From positions 1 to 56,686 of the forward strand of contig JBGAIQ010000036.1 in assembly GCA_044225365.1 (NCBI GenBank): DNA of 56,686 nt, read 5' to 3'. Position numbers and translations under genes: made by a program. The notes under the pieces were generated by a model that was not told the origin of the DNA, made no database searches, and saw nothing but the letters and a program-made list of their open reading frames with translations. This document shows positions 28,980-37,206 of this stretch, in pieces. Position 1 is the first letter of the stretch, and every line of letters begins with the position of its first letter. Source of the DNA: Planctomycetota bacterium (GTDB lineage: Bacteria > Planctomycetota > B15-G4 > JADJEK01).

Positions 28980-30455
28980 CTACTTCTTCGGCCGCAGGTC
29001 GACGATGCGCTTCTCTTTCATCTCGGTCTCGAGTCCGAGACTCGCGACGAGATCGTCGAGCGGCTTGATGCAGATCTCGTTCGGCTGGACCTCGCACTGC
29101 AGCTGGATCAGCTCCGCGAGACGATCCTTGAAGCCCTGGACCGACGTGACCTTGCCGTCGCGCAGCGCGATCGAGATCACGAGTTCATCGACCTCGTACG
29201 GGTCGCCATCCTTCTTGCGGATCTCGACCTGCCATTCCTCGATCTCCGGCAATCCGGAGAGCAGTGCAGCGAGATCGTTGAGGTCGATCAGGGTCCCCTT
29301 CACCTTCTTCAGATCCATCTCGCGAATGTTCGAAACGCGACTGATGTTCGGCGAGAGGATCGGGAGCCACCCGCCGAGCTCCTTGATGAAGCGCGGGCGG
29401 ATTCCGCCCTTCACGAGATCTCCGGTGCGGTATCGGATCACGATCGTCCCGCGGCCGTCGAGGGGCGTGTAGACCAGTTCGCCGTCCGCATCGTCGGGCA
29501 GCTTCTCGCCGGTCGTCGGATCGACGATCTCGAAGACGCCGAGATCCGGGTAGAGGACGTAGCCGCCCCCTTCGACGTAGGGACTCTCCGCGAACGCCAT
29601 CCTGGCCTCGGTGAAGCCATAGGTGCCGAGCACGGTCACGTCCGTCGCGCCGACCGACTCGAGCGTCGATCGCATCTTGTCCTTCAGGCCTTCCGGCACC
29701 TTCTCGGCGCCGAGGACGACCCGCTTCACGCTCGACAGGTTCGCGCCTTGCCGCGCCGCGCGTCGCAGCAGGTGATAGATGTACGACGGCACTCCGACGA
29801 CGACCTCGGCCTTCATCCGCTCGATGAGTTGGATGCTGCCCTCGGTCGCGAGGATGCGCCCGCCACCCGTGCCGACCACCATCACCCCGTGGGCGAAGCC
29901 CGCCATCTGGACCTGCCAGAAGGCGAGATGCGGCGCGTACGGGAACAGGTTGATCGTCTTCGAGTCGCTCGAGACCGCAATCGCCTCGATGATGCGACTG
30001 CCCGCGACCTTCAGGATCTCGATGTCGTAGGCGGTGTAGAGGAAGGGTACGGGGCGCGCGGAGCGACCGGTCGTCGCCGTCATGAAGATCGGCCGGTACT
30101 CGCGCTCGACGCGGAGCCGAGCGCGGTCCGGACCGCCGAGGACGCGATCGGAGATCAACTGCGCCTTCTTCTCGAAGGGCGCGTAGCGCTTCAGCAGTTC
30201 CGCGGTGGGCTGGAGGATGTAGTCGCGACCCGGCTCCGGGCGATCCTTCGTCGCGAGCAGATCGCTCTTCTGGGTGAATGGAATCCGCGCCAGGTCCGCG
30301 ACGCCCTGGATGGCGTCGACGTCGATCCGCTGTTCGGCGAAGACGCGCTTGTAGAACGGGTGATACGCCGCCACCTGCTGGCGCAGGAAGCGGCGCAGCT
30401 TCGCGTCCTGGAGTTCGCGAATGTCCCGCTCGTTCTTGAATCCGAAGCCGTTCAC
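28980..30455 (-). CDS. Phenylacetate-CoA ligase family (ANL adenylating enzyme)
   Basis: IPFTQKSDL, TTGRSARP loop, LGAEK, TYGFTE, RYRTGD, KVKG. GTG start chosen. Confidence 0.85.
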   Translation of the reverse strand: MNGFGFKNERDIRELQDAKLRRFLRQQVAAYHPFYKRVFAEQRIDVDAIQGVADLARIPFTQKSDLLATKDRPEPGRDYILQPTAELLKRYAPFEKKAQLISDRVLGGPDRARLRVEREYRPIFMTATTGRSARPVPFLYTAYDIEILKVAGSRIIEAIAVSSDSKTINLFPYAPHLAFWQVQMAGFAHGVMVVGTGGGRILATEGSIQLIERMKAEVVVGVPSYIYHLLRRAARQGANLSSVKRVVLGAEKVPEGLKDKMRSTLESVGATDVTVLGTYGFTEARMAFAESPYVEGGGYVLYPDLGVFEIVDPTTGEKLPDDADGELVYTPLDGRGTIVIRYRTGDLVKGGIRPRFIKELGGWLPILSPNISRVSNIREMDLKKVKGTLIDLNDLAALLSGLPEIEEWQVEIRKKDGDPYEVDELVISIALRDGKVTSVQGFKDRLAELIQLQCEVQPNEICIKPLDDLVASLGLETEMKEKRIVDLRPKK

Positions 30456-30515
30456 GCTTCCGTCATCGACCAGATTCGCAGGCAAACCGAAGTCGCCGGC
30501 GGGTCGCTCCGACGG

Positions 30516-31226
30516 TCACTTCTTCTCGTGCGTCTCTTCGACGACGATCTGCGCGGTCACGCGCTTGATGTCGTCGAGGACCTGAGTGATGCCGAACACG
30601 TGCGGGACGGCGCGGATCAGGTTGCCGTTGTTCGCATTCGAGATCTTGAGCGTGCCGAAGCCCATCATCAGCTCGAGCGCATCGCCGACCTCCTTGCTGA
30701 AGGTCACGTTCTCGACGGGATAGGAGTCGGCCTCGCCGATCCACTTGTCGTGGATCACGACGTGGTTCGGCTCGACCACGATCACGAACGATCGGCGATC
30801 GACCCAGACGAACAGGAAGATGATGGCGAAGATGACGGAGTGCAGGAGGTAGAACGTCGAGTTCATCGTCGGGTCGAGGGCACCGAAGAAGTGCAGCACG
30901 TTCCCGAGCTTCCCGTAGGTATGCAGGATGAACCCGGTGATCACGACGCCGAAGATGATGATCACGGTCTTCTGGAATCGAAGGTCGAAGAACAACACGA
31001 GGTAGTTCACGAACAACGTCCAGAGGTAGACGCGACCGATCGCCGCCGCATCGAACTTCCACAGCGCGAGGGCGATGTAGGCGATGAGGCCCAGAATGGC
31101 CGTCGGATACATCAAGATGGCCAGGTTGAACGGCCGGATCAGCGTGTGCTCGCGGTCACCGAGGCCCTGCCGGATCGCGGTCAGGTTGTCGATGATGCCC
31201 AGGAACCGATAGAGCGGGTTCGACAT
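30516..31226 (-). CDS. Membrane protein with a C-terminal bacterial PH-like domain
   Basis: About four TM helices, then LELMMGFGTLKI typical of bPH domains; GGAG upstream. Confidence 0.7.
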   Translation of the reverse strand: MSNPLYRFLGIIDNLTAIRQGLGDREHTLIRPFNLAILMYPTAILGLIAYIALALWKFDAAAIGRVYLWTLFVNYLVLFFDLRFQKTVIIIFGVVITGFILHTYGKLGNVLHFFGALDPTMNSTFYLLHSVIFAIIFLFVWVDRRSFVIVVEPNHVVIHDKWIGEADSYPVENVTFSKEVGDALELMMGFGTLKISNANNGNLIRAVPHVFGITQVLDDIKRVTAQIVVEETHEKK

Positions 31227-31477
31227 CTCACGTCTCCGAATGCGGAAAGAGCGACCGCGGACTTCGCGGCAAACGGGAATCAGAACGAGGACTCACGACC
31301 CTGCCCGATCCAGGGGCCGTGTCTACGCGCGGTGCGCGCCGACTGTTCAATCCCCGCACCGAGTCATGGTGACTGGAGCGGGTCGGACGATCACCGCGAC
31401 TCCCTCGATCCTAGGGAAGTCGCTCGCGAGATTCGTACGAGTTCTTCGTCGTCGACTTCGGGCAACGAGGAAGAAGA

Positions 31478-31554
31478 TGGTAGCGGAGGCCGGACTCGAA
31501 CCGGCGACACACGGCTTATGAAGCCGTTGCTCTAACCAACTGAGCTACTCCGCC
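31478..31554 (-). tRNA. tRNA-Met (CAT), probably elongator
   Basis: GGCGGAGTAGCTCAGTTGGTTAGAGC-A-ACGGC-TTCATAA-GCCGT...GGTTCGAGTCC..CTCCGCT-A-CCA; lacks the initiator features (C1 mismatch, three G-C anticodon-stem pairs). Confidence 0.93.
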
Positions 31555-31568
31555 CCAAAGGGCGCGCC

Positions 31569-31597
31569 AGGATGGCGATGCAGGTCTTGGAAGTCAA
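31569..31597 (-). promoter_or_regulatory. sigma70-type promoter for tRNA-Met
   Basis: TTGACT-17 bp-CATCCT followed by a GC-rich discriminator (GGCGCGC). Confidence 0.6.
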
Positions 31598-31696
31598 GCG
31601 ACGAGGATCGCTCGAAACGGATTCCGCCTGCGGATCGCGCGGCTCGCGGTTCGAGCGACGCATCGCGACACTCCGCGACACGTTTTTCGCGTCGCC

Positions 31697-31725
31697 TTGA
31701 CCACCCCTAGGGGACGGGATATAAA
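31697..31725 (+). promoter_or_regulatory. Near-consensus sigma70 promoter
   Basis: TTGACC (31697-31702)-17 bp-TATAAA (31720-31725). Confidence 0.75.
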
Positions 31726-31730
31726 CGACG

Positions 31731-32030
31731 GGTCGCGCTTTTCGATGGACACAACCCCAAGAGATTGGGGACGTAAGCAGTGGCTTCCATCGAGTGCGCG
31801 ACGCCGAGGCCGAACGAAAGCGATCCACCCGAACCGAAGGGTCGCACGAAGTTCGGCGAACGAAGCCTCCTTCGATCTTTGAAAAACCATCCGGCCTAGG
31901 TTGTGAGCCAACACGTAAAACACCAACACCATTCCTTCTTCTTCTTCCCCTTTTCCCGAAATCCTTGGCCGGATGCCTTTCTCCCCGACGAGCGCCCGCG
32001 GAATCCTCCGCGCGGCGCTCGCTCTTTTTC
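31731..32030 (+). ncRNA. Candidate structured non-coding RNA of unknown family
   Basis: Lies between the promoter and a terminator; several nested stems; boxA-like GATCTTTGAAAA at 31874-31885; no convincing CDS. Confidence 0.55.
31989..32030 (+). terminator. Intrinsic terminator
   Basis: CGAGCGCC-CGCGGA-ATCC-TCCGCG-C-GGCGCTCG followed by CTCTTTTTC. Confidence 0.7.
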
Positions 32031-32066
32031 ATGCCCCTCATTGGCCCCGAATCGATCGCGGGCCGC

Positions 32067-32627
32067 TCAGCGACCTCTCCCGCGGCGACCCCCGCGGCGA
32101 ACGAGCGCGAGCATTGGATTCGCGACCTGATCCTCGCGCGGCGCCGGGGTGAGTCGTTCGCGCCGCAGGCGATCCCCGAGACACAGTGCGATGGCGAGCG
32201 CGTCGGTCACGTCCAGCGGGCAACCCTTCTCGATCCCGGCGAGTTCCGCCCGCACCCAACGTGCGACCTGGCTCTTGGTCGCGTGACCTGCGCCTGTCAC
32301 GCTCTTCTTCACTTCGCTCGGGGTGTACTCGTGGATCGGGATGCCCCTCTTGCCGGCCGCGAGCAGGGCAACGCCACGCCCCTCGCCGAGCCCGATCAAC
32401 GACGCCACATTGCGCCCCTGGAAGACGCGCTCGATCGCGATGGCTTCGGGCCGATGCATCTCGAAGAGTTCATGGAGACGCGCCTCGATGACCCCGAGTC
32501 GCTGTGCGAGGGCCTGGCGGATGTCGAGGCGAATCGCTTCCGCGGCGACGAGTCTTCGTGGCCGGGAATCGTCGACGAACCCGACACCGACGATGCGGGT
32601 ACCCGGATCGATGCCGCACAAGATCAT
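32067..32627 (-). CDS. ruvC: Holliday junction resolvase RuvC
   Basis: GIDPG, AIERVF, EYTPSEVKKSVTGAGHATK.QV, DVTDALAIA. Confidence 0.95.
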   Translation of the reverse strand: MILCGIDPGTRIVGVGFVDDSRPRRLVAAEAIRLDIRQALAQRLGVIEARLHELFEMHRPEAIAIERVFQGRNVASLIGLGEGRGVALLAAGKRGIPIHEYTPSEVKKSVTGAGHATKSQVARWVRAELAGIEKGCPLDVTDALAIALCLGDRLRRERLTPAPREDQVANPMLALVRRGGRRGRGR

Positions 32628-32701
32628 CAGGGACCTTCGATAAAGGTTGGGGCATCACGGCGTGAACCACGAACGCGGGCGCGAGTATACTCGCCATTCC
32701 C

Positions 32702-33454
32702 ATGCGTTCTTTCGATTCGCACGATCCTCCCGCGATCAGCGCCGTCGTCGTCGCCGCCGGATCCGGGTCCCGCGTCGGCGCCGATCGGAACAAAGTGCTC
32801 CTCCCACTCGCGGGCGAGCCGATCCTCGCGCATACGCTGCGGCATCTCCTCGCCATCGACGAACTCGACGAGGTCGTCGTCGTCTGTCGCGAGGGCGACG
32901 AGGCGGCGATGCGCTCGATCGCCGAGGCGCTTCGGCCCCCGATTCCGGTCCGCTTTGCGCGTGGCGGCAAGGAGCGCAGTGACTCGGTTCGAAACGGCGT
33001 CTTCGCAGCTGCCGCGACCGAACTCGTGCTCGTGCATGACGCCGCACGCCCGTTCCTCGGCCGTGCGCTCGCACGCGCGCTCATTGCCGCTGCGCGCGAG
33101 CACGGCGCTGCGATCCCCGGCCTTCCCGTCGTCGATACGGTGAAGCGGGTCGATGCGGATTCGCGCGGACCAAACGTGGCGTCGACGATCGATCGTAAAG
33201 ATCTCGTCGCGGCGCAGACGCCGCAGGCCTTTCGCATCGGAGAATTCAAAGACGCTCTCGACGAACTCGAAGCCACGACCCTCGTCACCGACGACGCCTC
33301 GATCTACGAACGTCTGCACCGTCGCGTGAGCGTGGTCGCGGGCGATCCGCTCAATGTGAAGGTGACGACTCCCATGGATCTCGCTCTCGCGCCGAGACAT
33401 CTCGAGATCTTCCGCGAACGCGAGGCTGCGCAAAGACAGGAAGACCGTCGATGA
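32702..33454 (+). CDS. ispD: 2-C-methyl-D-erythritol 4-phosphate cytidylyltransferase
   Basis: AAGSGSR, GGKERSDSV, VHDAARP, DTVK, QTPQAF, TDDAS, NVKVTTP.D. Confidence 0.95.
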   Translation: MRSFDSHDPPAISAVVVAAGSGSRVGADRNKVLLPLAGEPILAHTLRHLLAIDELDEVVVVCREGDEAAMRSIAEALRPPIPVRFARGGKERSDSVRNGVFAAAATELVLVHDAARPFLGRALARALIAAAREHGAAIPGLPVVDTVKRVDADSRGPNVASTIDRKDLVAAQTPQAFRIGEFKDALDELEATTLVTDDASIYERLHRRVSVVAGDPLNVKVTTPMDLALAPRHLEIFREREAAQRQEDRR

Positions 33455-33960
33455 TGGGTTCGAAGGATCCCGACCTCCGCATCGGTCTCGGTTTCGATCG
33501 CCATCGACTCGTCGCCGGGCGACGCTGCGTGCTGGGGGGTGTGACGATCCCCTTCGAGAAGGGACCCCTCGGACACTCCGATGGCGACGCGCTGCTGCAC
33601 GCGATCATCGATGCCGTGCTCGGTGCTGCCGGGCTCGACGACCTGGGCACCCTGTTCTCCGATCGCGATCCGCGATTCAAGGACGCCGAATCCTCGACGT
33701 TCGCGAAGGAGGCGGTTGCTCGGGTGCGCGCCGCGGGATTCGAGATCCTCTCGATCGACTCGGTGGTTCTCGCGGAAGCCCCGCGAATCGGGCCCCATCG
33801 CGTTGCGATCCGAGCGCGAATCGCGGAGCTCTTCGAAATCGATTCCTCGCAGGTCAACGTCAAGGGAAAGAGCGGCGAGGGTGTCGGTCCGATCGGAACC
33901 GGCGAGATCGTCGAGGTCACGGCGATCGCTCTGCTCCGCGCGCGACGCGCGATCGGGTAG
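33451..33960 (+). CDS. ispF: 2-C-methyl-D-erythritol 2,4-cyclodiphosphate synthase
   Basis: RIGLGFDRH, LGGV, GHSDGD..LHAIIDA.LGAAG, VNVK. Confidence 0.95.
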   Translation: MMGSKDPDLRIGLGFDRHRLVAGRRCVLGGVTIPFEKGPLGHSDGDALLHAIIDAVLGAAGLDDLGTLFSDRDPRFKDAESSTFAKEAVARVRAAGFEILSIDSVVLAEAPRIGPHRVAIRARIAELFEIDSSQVNVKGKSGEGVGPIGTGEIVEVTAIALLRARRAIG

Positions 33961-34024
33961 GATGCGCGCGGGAGACTCGCGCCCGATTCGCCATCCTCCG
34001 ATCCACGACTTCCGGGAGAGTCCC

Positions 34025-35899
34025 GTGCACACGACCGTTCGCACCCCGTTCCATTCGGCTCGACTCGTCTTCGCAGCCTCGCTCTTGGTCACGGCATGCC
34101 TCGCGCAGCGGGCCCTCGCTCAATTCGGCGATGCCTGGCTCACCCTGACTCCTTCCACGACGAAGTTGATGAACCCCGACCTCGCGACCGTGGCGGACAT
34201 CGTGTCCAATACCGACGAGAAGGACTTCGCGGTCGGTGACGTGGACCGCGACGGGTGGCTCGACCTCGCGGTCGGGAAGAAGATCCAGGCCGACTTCATC
34301 GGGCTGCGGGAGGGCCGGTTCTTCCACAACGAGAAGGGCGTTCTCGTCGATCGCACGGCGCAGTTCGCGTCGGCGTCCGACGTCGCGGGCGATCTCGGTT
34401 TCAAGCAGCCGATCGAGACCCGCGACGTCGAGTTCGTCGACATCGACGGCGACGGCTGGCTCGATCTCGTCACCTGCCAGATCGATCTCACGAACAACAC
34501 ATCGGCCGCCGCCAAAGTCTTCACCCACCCCCGTATCCATCGCAACCTGGGACTCGATGCCACCGGCCACTGGCTCGGCTTCCGCTTCGAGGACGCGCGC
34601 ATTCCCCAACTCCTCACGATTCCGACCGGAGTGAACGGCGTCGTCCGCTTCAACGATCTCGCTGCTGCGGATGTCGACGGCGACGGCGATCAGGATCTGT
34701 ACTTCACGGACATGGACCTCGACGAGAACGGCCACTCGGAGACGGCCGGCCTCGATCTCAACGATCGCCTGCTCCTGAACGACGGCAACGGCTACTTCAC
34801 CGACGGCACCGCGACTCACTTCGGGAACACCGGCTTGTACTCGTCGGCGTTCGGCGCTGCGTGCGAACTCGTCGACATGAATCACGATTCGCGCCCCGAC
34901 ATCGTCAAGGTCTCGACGTTGACCGAGACACCAAATCGCGTCGAGATCGTCTACAACGACGTCGCCCCCGGCCTTCCACCGGATTTCACGGGCGGGTTCG
35001 ACCGCTTCACCATCGCGGATTCGAGCGAACCCTTCGGATTCGTGAGCGGCGATCTGAACAACGACGGTCGCCCCGACCTGATGATCGGCGACTGCGCGGT
35101 CGACCACTATCGATTCAACATCGGCAATGCCGGCGACGGAACGACGGCCTTCTCTGCAAGACTCGACTTCTCCTGGCTCACGGGTTCCGGAGACGACGGA
35201 TTCCAGGGCCGGATGCGCGCCGCGGACTACGATCTCGACGGGTGGCTCGACTGCATCGTCACCGATGTCCACCTCGACCTCGCCAGCTGCAATCGACGCA
35301 CGAAGATCTACCACAACCGTGGTGGCGCCCCCGGCGCGACCGACATCGTCTTGCGCGAGGAGAAGCAGCAGAGCGGCACGGGTGGCTGGTTCGGCGCCGT
35401 GGGCTGGTCCGGGACCTACCCGAAGGGCGTCACCGACGTAGCGAACATCGACATCGACAACGACGGCGACATCGACCTCGTGCTCGGTCGCTGCGTGGGA
35501 ACCGATGTCTGGATCAATTCGACGAACCCCGTGGTGTGCCAGCCCACGGTCCTGCCGACGACTCTCGGCGACGCGACCCTTGCCGTCTGCGGCGCCCCGC
35601 TCTGGTCGAACCTCACGGCAACTCTCACGATCACCGGTGGGACTTCGAACGGCCACGCGGTGCTGCTCGCCGATCTCGATGGAACGACGATGCCGGCCTT
35701 CGGGGGTCAGGTCATGGTGCCCGCGGATCTCGTGTTCGTCGTGCCGCTCGATCCGCTCGGCGGCGTCGCGTTCCCCGTCCCGGGCGGTGGCGGGACGAAG
35801 GACGGACTGCCGATCCATCTCCAGGCCGTGCTCGTGGGACCGCTCGGCGGGAATCCGACGGACATCACCAACGTGCTGCGGATCGATCTGCGCGACTGA
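34025..35899 (+). CDS. Secreted FG-GAP/VCBS repeat protein with a C-terminal domain
   Basis: GGGAG upstream of the GTG at 34025; signal peptide (ALA-QF); seven D[VILMY][DN]xDGxxD-type repeats. Confidence 0.85.
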   Translation: MHTTVRTPFHSARLVFAASLLVTACLAQRALAQFGDAWLTLTPSTTKLMNPDLATVADIVSNTDEKDFAVGDVDRDGWLDLAVGKKIQADFIGLREGRFFHNEKGVLVDRTAQFASASDVAGDLGFKQPIETRDVEFVDIDGDGWLDLVTCQIDLTNNTSAAAKVFTHPRIHRNLGLDATGHWLGFRFEDARIPQLLTIPTGVNGVVRFNDLAAADVDGDGDQDLYFTDMDLDENGHSETAGLDLNDRLLLNDGNGYFTDGTATHFGNTGLYSSAFGAACELVDMNHDSRPDIVKVSTLTETPNRVEIVYNDVAPGLPPDFTGGFDRFTIADSSEPFGFVSGDLNNDGRPDLMIGDCAVDHYRFNIGNAGDGTTAFSARLDFSWLTGSGDDGFQGRMRAADYDLDGWLDCIVTDVHLDLASCNRRTKIYHNRGGAPGATDIVLREEKQQSGTGGWFGAVGWSGTYPKGVTDVANIDIDNDGDIDLVLGRCVGTDVWINSTNPVVCQPTVLPTTLGDATLAVCGAPLWSNLTATLTITGGTSNGHAVLLADLDGTTMPAFGGQVMVPADLVFVVPLDPLGGVAFPVPGGGGTKDGLPIHLQAVLVGPLGGNPTDITNVLRIDLRD

Positions 35900-35929
35900 G
35901 AGACACGCCGCGCGTCGCCACGCGTGGTG

Positions 35930-36682
35930 TCAGGACCCCCGCAATCCGTTCTCGACGCCCTTCGCGATCGCCGCGGCGATCCGGTCGCGGTAGGAATCGT
36001 TGTTCAGACTCTTGGCGTCCGACGTGTTCGTGAGGTAGCCACACTCGACGAGAACGGCGGGACGGCTGTGCCCGACGAGAACGCGGTATTTCGCCGTGCG
36101 GATGCCCTTCACGTCGACCCCCACGGCCTTCAACTCGCGCTCGATGCCGGTCGCGATGCGTCGACTTGCCGCGCTCGCCGATGGCGAGACGTAGATTGTC
36201 GCGCCGGAGATCGATTTGCTCTTGTGTGAGTCGGCATGCACCGACACGAACGCGTCGGCATGCATCTTGTCGGCGATGTGAGCTCGTTCGTCGAGCTCGA
36301 TGAACACGTCGCGGTCACGCGTCATCGTCACGGCCGCGCCGCGATCACGCAGATCGGCTGCGACGGCCGACGCGATGTCGAGGACGATCGATTTCTCGGG
36401 CATCTTCGAGACGCCTTGAGTGCCAGGATCCTTTCCGCCATGGCCGGCGTCGACGACGACGCGGCTGCCACCGAGGTCGGTGTACGGGCTCGTGCGCGGC
36501 GGCGTGGTCACCGGAGGCTGATACGGCGGAGGGGTCGGTGTCTGAGTGACGGGCGGCGGCTCGTAAGCCGGCGCCTTGGGTTGCATGACGGTGTGCGGCG
36601 TCGGCACGACGGTCTCGGCCGAGACGCAGCCGACCGCGAATACCAGCAACAGGACTTCGATTCCTCCGCGAAGGAAACGCAT
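35930..36682 (-). CDS. N-acetylmuramoyl-L-alanine amidase (Amidase_3), putative lipoprotein
   Basis: Lipobox-like AVGC; Pro/Thr linker; VDAGHGGKDPG, EK, FVSVHAD, AVLVECGYLTN. Confidence 0.92.
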   Translation of the reverse strand: MRFLRGGIEVLLLVFAVGCVSAETVVPTPHTVMQPKAPAYEPPPVTQTPTPPPYQPPVTTPPRTSPYTDLGGSRVVVDAGHGGKDPGTQGVSKMPEKSIVLDIASAVAADLRDRGAAVTMTRDRDVFIELDERAHIADKMHADAFVSVHADSHKSKSISGATIYVSPSASAASRRIATGIERELKAVGVDVKGIRTAKYRVLVGHSRPAVLVECGYLTNTSDAKSLNNDSYRDRIAAAIAKGVENGLRGS

Positions 36683-36747
36683 CGAACGACCCCTCAATCT
36701 AGGAAACTCGGACGCTTGCGCATTCCCTCGTGGCATCGCCTCGCACG

Positions 36748-37206
36748 CTAGGGCGCGAGTGCGAGGAGCAACGCGAGCGACTCCGCCAGATCGCCACCCC
36801 CGGGTGAACGTGGCAACGGCACCACGCTCGCGGGTCGGCCCCGGCGGTCACGGAACAAGGGAACTCGACGCGGAACGGTTACCGCCACAGCATCCGCCGC
36901 GCGCGCTATCCAGCGCTGGCGGGACAGCATATTCCTCGGAACGTGCGGTTCCAATCGCAACAACCACACGATTGTCGAGATTCCTGCGGCCCGAATCACG
37001 TCGAGGGTTCCAGGCTCCTCGCGCTGGGGCTCGACCACGATCAGTCGTTCCGGCCCCATCGCAAGGGCGACGTCGGGCAACTCCAGTGTCGGGTCACGCG
37101 AAGCCGGAGTGAAGAACCACGCCGCCTCCACGCCGTTCGCGCGGAATCCATCGAGGAGCCGCTCCCCGACCGGTGAACCGGCGGCGATCAGGACCCGCGG
37201 CGCCAC
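36748..37206 (-). CDS. Hypothetical protein resembling the N-terminal half of a glycosyltransferase
   Basis: 152-aa ORF overlapping the end of the upstream GT4 gene; Rossmann-like strands (RVLIAAG, RLIVVE, TIVWLL, ADAVAVT). Confidence 0.5.
   Translation of the reverse strand: MAPRVLIAAGSPVGERLLDGFRANGVEAAWFFTPASRDPTLELPDVALAMGPERLIVVEPQREEPGTLDVIRAAGISTIVWLLRLEPHVPRNMLSRQRWIARAADAVAVTVPRRVPLFRDRRGRPASVVPLPRSPGGGDLAESLALLLALAP

Noticed and set aside
23034-31554. Genomic island or prophage integrated at either tRNA
   Set aside because: No duplicated tRNA 3' end, no integrase and no compositional shift seen.
31532-32041. Minus-strand ORFs of 169 and 112 aa upstream of tRNA-Met
   Set aside because: Low-complexity translations that overlap the tRNA or its promoter and the structured RNA candidate; no motifs.
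31555-32066. oriC, tmRNA, RNase P, SRP or 6S RNA as the explanation for this intergenic region
   Set aside because: No TTATCCACA boxes, no tRNA-like ends, no RNase P or SRP consensus motifs, and the fold is multi-domain rather than a single 6S-like rod; an Rfam scan is still needed.
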